This document shows positions 61,173 through 64,000 of a stretch of DNA of 64,000 nucleotides, one piece after another. A program made the translations under genes and the position numbers. Within the stretch, counting starts at the first letter, position 1. Each line of letters starts with the position of its first letter. Location of the stretch: the NCBI GenBank assembly GCA_023389155.1, contig JAEWEV010000035.1, positions 85,866 through 149,865 on the forward strand, in the 5' to 3' direction. Source of the stretch: Pseudomonadota bacterium (GTDB lineage Bacteria; Pseudomonadota; Gammaproteobacteria; Burkholderiales; Burkholderiaceae_B). Under the pieces are notes generated by a model, which saw only the letters and a program-made list of their open reading frames with translations, did not search any database and had not been told where the DNA came from.

Positions 61173-61805
61173 TCACTGTAGCGGCGGCACAAGGCCCTGG
61201 GCGCGTATCAGTTCTTCCTGTGTGTTCACATTAAGAAAGGCGTCAGCGTCATCAAACAACACGCGGACCGCCTGAAGGGATTCCAGCCAGGGAAGAACGG
61301 CACGCCGACCACTGTGCAAATACCCGGGTAATGTCGCCAGCACCTCGGCATGCATCAGCAGACACACCGAATGATCCCGCGCTCCCGCATGAGCAAAAGC
61401 AATCTGACCACCCTGACTCATCAGCGCGTCGTACAGCCGCTTCACATACCCAGCGGGCAACGCTGGCATATCACAACCGGCAACCACCAACCATGGCGTT
61501 GACACATGAGACGCTGCGGCCAGCACGCCCGCCAGGGGGCCCTGACTCTCACCAATTCCAGGATCATCAGAAACCACCACGCCATACTCCCGATAGCGAT
61601 CCTGATGCTGGTTGGCGCTGATCAGCACATGATCGGCATGAGGTGTCAGCACTCGCAGCACAAACTCGATCAGAGGACGTCCGTGCAGCGTGACCAGCCC
61701 CTTGTCCAGTCCACCCAGTCTTCTGCCCTGCCCGCCAGCAAGTATCAGCGCAGTCAAATCCTGGGCCAACAGCGGTGCAGAAGACCCTGCAGCAGTCATC
61801 ATCAC
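61173..61805 (-). CDS. mobA: molybdenum cofactor guanylyltransferase
   Basis: 210 aa. The N-terminus is [18 protein letters not shown]. It overlaps the moaA stop by 4 nt. Confidence 0.88.
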   Translation of the reverse strand: MMMTAAGSSAPLLAQDLTALILAGGQGRRLGGLDKGLVTLHGRPLIEFVLRVLTPHADHVLISANQHQDRYREYGVVVSDDPGIGESQGPLAGVLAAASHVSTPWLVVAGCDMPALPAGYVKRLYDALMSQGGQIAFAHAGARDHSVCLLMHAEVLATLPGYLHSGRRAVLPWLESLQAVRVLFDDADAFLNVNTQEELIRAQGLVPPLQ

Positions 61806-62902
61806 CCCCCGATATAACTCATTTCGATTTTTTCCCGTGTACCACGAAGCTGATCGCGCAATTCAGAATACCGATCTGTCCTGCCGGTCCAGATGCCGGC
61901 GATGGCACAGCCGATAGCGTGATCGGACGAGGCAGAGGAACGCAATAGCGCACGCAGGTCATGTCCCTGATCGGCAAACAGACAGGTATAGAGTTTGCCT
62001 TCCGGCGACATTCTCAAGCGTGTACAGTCTCCGCAAAAAGCATGAGTCACACTTGTAATAAGGCCAATTTCGCCTCCGCCATCCGCGTAACGCCAGCGTC
62101 TGGCTACTTCTCCCGGATAGTTGGCATGCACGGGCTGCAGGTCAAATTTCGACTGCAATATTTGCAGGATATCTCGACCGCTTAACACATCTGTCATATC
62201 CCAGTGATTGGTTACGCCAACATCCATAAACTCTATGAATCGCAGAATATGTCCGCTGTGGCGAAAATGCTCAGCCATCGGCAGTATCTGATGATCGTTG
62301 ACTCCTTTTTTCACGACCATGTTGATCTTGATCGGTGCTATTCCTGCCCGGCTTGCCGCCTCGATGCCCGCAAGGATCTGATCCACGTGAATACGGCTAT
62401 CACTCATTTTCTGGAACAGTTCCGGATCCAATGCGTCCAGACTCACCGTGATCCGCTGCAGCCCCGCATCCCGCAGTGGCGCGGCCAGACGCTCAAGCAG
62501 TGTCGCATTGGTTGTCAGGGCAATATCCAGCGGCCTGTCATCCAGATCGCGAATCTGCGAGAGCATGGCGATCAGCCGCGGCATCTCTTTGCGCAACAGC
62601 GGCTCGCCACCCGTGATGCGCAATTTATTGACGCCCAGTCCGGCAAAAATGCGCGCGGTGCGGGCGATTTCTTCAAAACTCAGAATTTGGCTGTGCGGCA
62701 AAAAGGAGTGATCACTGCCAAACTCTTCCCGTGGCATGCAGTAGGAACAACGAAAATTGCATCGGTCCGTAATGGAGATGCGCAGATCCCGCAAGGCGCG
62801 CCCATGCTGGTCCACCACCGGGCGACCAGGGACGTAATCAGCTTGGGGCAAGGGTTTTGCCGTGTCTCTTCGAATATCGGATATCGGAATAATTTTAGTC
62901 AT
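61802..62902 (-). CDS. moaA: GTP 3',8-cyclase (radical SAM)
   Basis: 366 aa. Contains [18 protein letters not shown] and the C-terminal [21 protein letters not shown] cluster. Confidence 0.92.
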   Translation of the reverse strand: MTKIIPISDIRRDTAKPLPQADYVPGRPVVDQHGRALRDLRISITDRCNFRCSYCMPREEFGSDHSFLPHSQILSFEEIARTARIFAGLGVNKLRITGGEPLLRKEMPRLIAMLSQIRDLDDRPLDIALTTNATLLERLAAPLRDAGLQRITVSLDALDPELFQKMSDSRIHVDQILAGIEAASRAGIAPIKINMVVKKGVNDHQILPMAEHFRHSGHILRFIEFMDVGVTNHWDMTDVLSGRDILQILQSKFDLQPVHANYPGEVARRWRYADGGGEIGLITSVTHAFCGDCTRLRMSPEGKLYTCLFADQGHDLRALLRSSASSDHAIGCAIAGIWTGRTDRYSELRDQLRGTREKIEMSYIGG

Positions 62903-63971
62903 GGAAGGCTTCGCCTACAGTCTGGATTTTGCCAGTCTCCCCTGCATCATACCCCACCAGTTGGCCCAGGAATTCCAGATATTCGTTACTGCGCATGAAA
63001 TGGATGAATTTTTCCACATTGATCTGCTGCAAACTATTTCGATTCAGGGCAAAGAAATAACGTTCCCGTACCAGCGGAATAAATTCCATGCCGAATCGAT
63101 GCGCTGCCGTCTGCACCCCGATCCCGACGTCAGCCATGCCACTTGCAATATGTGCTGCAATGGCCATGTGGGTGAACTCACTGTCTTCAAACCCGCTGAC
63201 TGCAGAGGTCGGAATATTTTCTTCCTCAAGCATGAGACCGATAAGAAATCGTGTGCTTGATCCGGGTTGCCGATTGACAAAGCGCACGTCGTCGCGGGCC
63301 AGATCGCGGACCGAAAGGATGCCTTTGGGATTCCCAGGCTTTACAAACAGCCCTGTGTTACGAACGGCCAGATGAATCAGTAAATGCGTCTCACTATTGA
63401 GCCAGGGTGAATAGCGCTCAAGAATAGGCTTCTCGAATTTGCCAATGGGGACCTGGAATCCAGCCAGCTCACATTCATTCTGCTCCAGCGCGGCCAGTGC
63501 CTCTATGGCGGTCCGATAGCGCAACTCAAGAATCGGACCAGGCGTATTCATGCGCTGCGTCAAACCCTCTACCGCAAAACCATGGCTTGCATGCAGTCGA
63601 ATGTTTGGCGTATGTTCGGGAATCAGCTTCTCCAGTTCTTCCTGGGACTCCGATGCGAGGCTTTCGAGGGTGGGCGAGAGTCTTGCCTGGATGCGGCGGT
63701 TGGCCCACACCAGACGCCGGGCAAATTCGGACAGCTCCGTACCCTTGCGCCGTTTGGTAATAAGCAGTGGAACACCAAAGACTTCCTCGAACTGACGCAG
63801 AACGCCCCAGGCGTGTCGATACGAGTGCCCACAGGTTTCACTGGCGGCAACAATATTGCCGCTGACATCAATTTCTGCCAGCAATCCCAGCAACATGGAT
63901 AGCGAGAGGGTCTTGCCGTCACGCGTATCAATGGTCCACTCGGGGTTGATCCGGATGGAAAAGGGGTACAT
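62895..63971 (-). CDS. ModE-type HTH regulator fused to a periplasmic-binding-protein-like domain (probable molybdate-responsive regulator)
   Basis: Trimmed to the ATG at 63971, which has AGGAGA 6 nt upstream. The N-terminus [33 protein letters not shown] resembles the ModE N-terminal HTH. The C-terminus looks like a PBP fold. Its stop overlaps the moaA start by 8 nt. Confidence 0.6.
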   Translation of the reverse strand: MYPFSIRINPEWTIDTRDGKTLSLSMLLGLLAEIDVSGNIVAASETCGHSYRHAWGVLRQFEEVFGVPLLITKRRKGTELSEFARRLVWANRRIQARLSPTLESLASESQEELEKLIPEHTPNIRLHASHGFAVEGLTQRMNTPGPILELRYRTAIEALAALEQNECELAGFQVPIGKFEKPILERYSPWLNSETHLLIHLAVRNTGLFVKPGNPKGILSVRDLARDDVRFVNRQPGSSTRFLIGLMLEEENIPTSAVSGFEDSEFTHMAIAAHIASGMADVGIGVQTAAHRFGMEFIPLVRERYFFALNRNSLQQINVEKFIHFMRSNEYLEFLGQLVGYDAGETGKIQTVGEAFHD

Positions 63972-64000
63972 GGCGTTTCTCCTTTGATTTGCAGACATCA

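Noticed and set aside
62204-62998. 264-aa plus-strand ORF
   Set aside because: It is antisense to moaA, which has a radical-SAM CxxxCxxC motif on the other strand.

Overview
This 64-kb chromosomal window is moderately GC-rich by eye. Gene content and order look betaproteobacterial (Burkholderiales/Alcaligenaceae-like), but that is inference only.

It is overwhelmingly housekeeping:
- pgk-gap-tkt and rsmE
- a patatin/barstar/Nudix string
- ubiD, elaB-yqjE-yqjK and dacB-upp
- queA-tgt-yajC-secDF
- miaB-ybeZ-ybeY-corC-lnt
- a LexA-box-controlled imuA-imuB-dnaE2 SOS mutagenesis cassette
- a tRNA Ala-Glu-Asp operon
- nnrD
- galactarate/glucarate catabolism (GntR regulator, garD, kdgD)
- ogt, cls and nudF
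- a basic-amino-acid ABC importer without an ATPase gene
- bioB
- a D-2-hydroxyacid-type FAD oxidase with a GntR regulator
- an MFS transporter and a peroxiredoxin
- a complete molybdenum-cofactor locus (moaCDEB-moeA convergent with a ModE-like regulator, moaA and mobA)

I saw no CRISPR array, rRNA, transposase, integrase or obvious defence island.

The only accessory-looking stretch is about 34.3-37.1 kb. It holds a PepSY gene, an orphan transglutaminase-like gene with an AT-rich 5' third, and about 1 kb of AT-rich DNA with no ORF of 60 aa or more.

The most unusual items:
1. A self-contained tRNA-like gene at 36527-36600. It has perfect acceptor, D and T arms but a non-canonical anticodon arm, and it has its own promoter-like and terminator-like signals.
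2. A translationally coupled string: a candidate 42-aa ORF, a patatin-like phospholipase and a barstar-family protein.
3. Large low-complexity insertions in ImuA and DnaE2, downstream of a textbook LexA box.

All functional calls rest on my recognition of motifs in the supplied translations. No database search was run.
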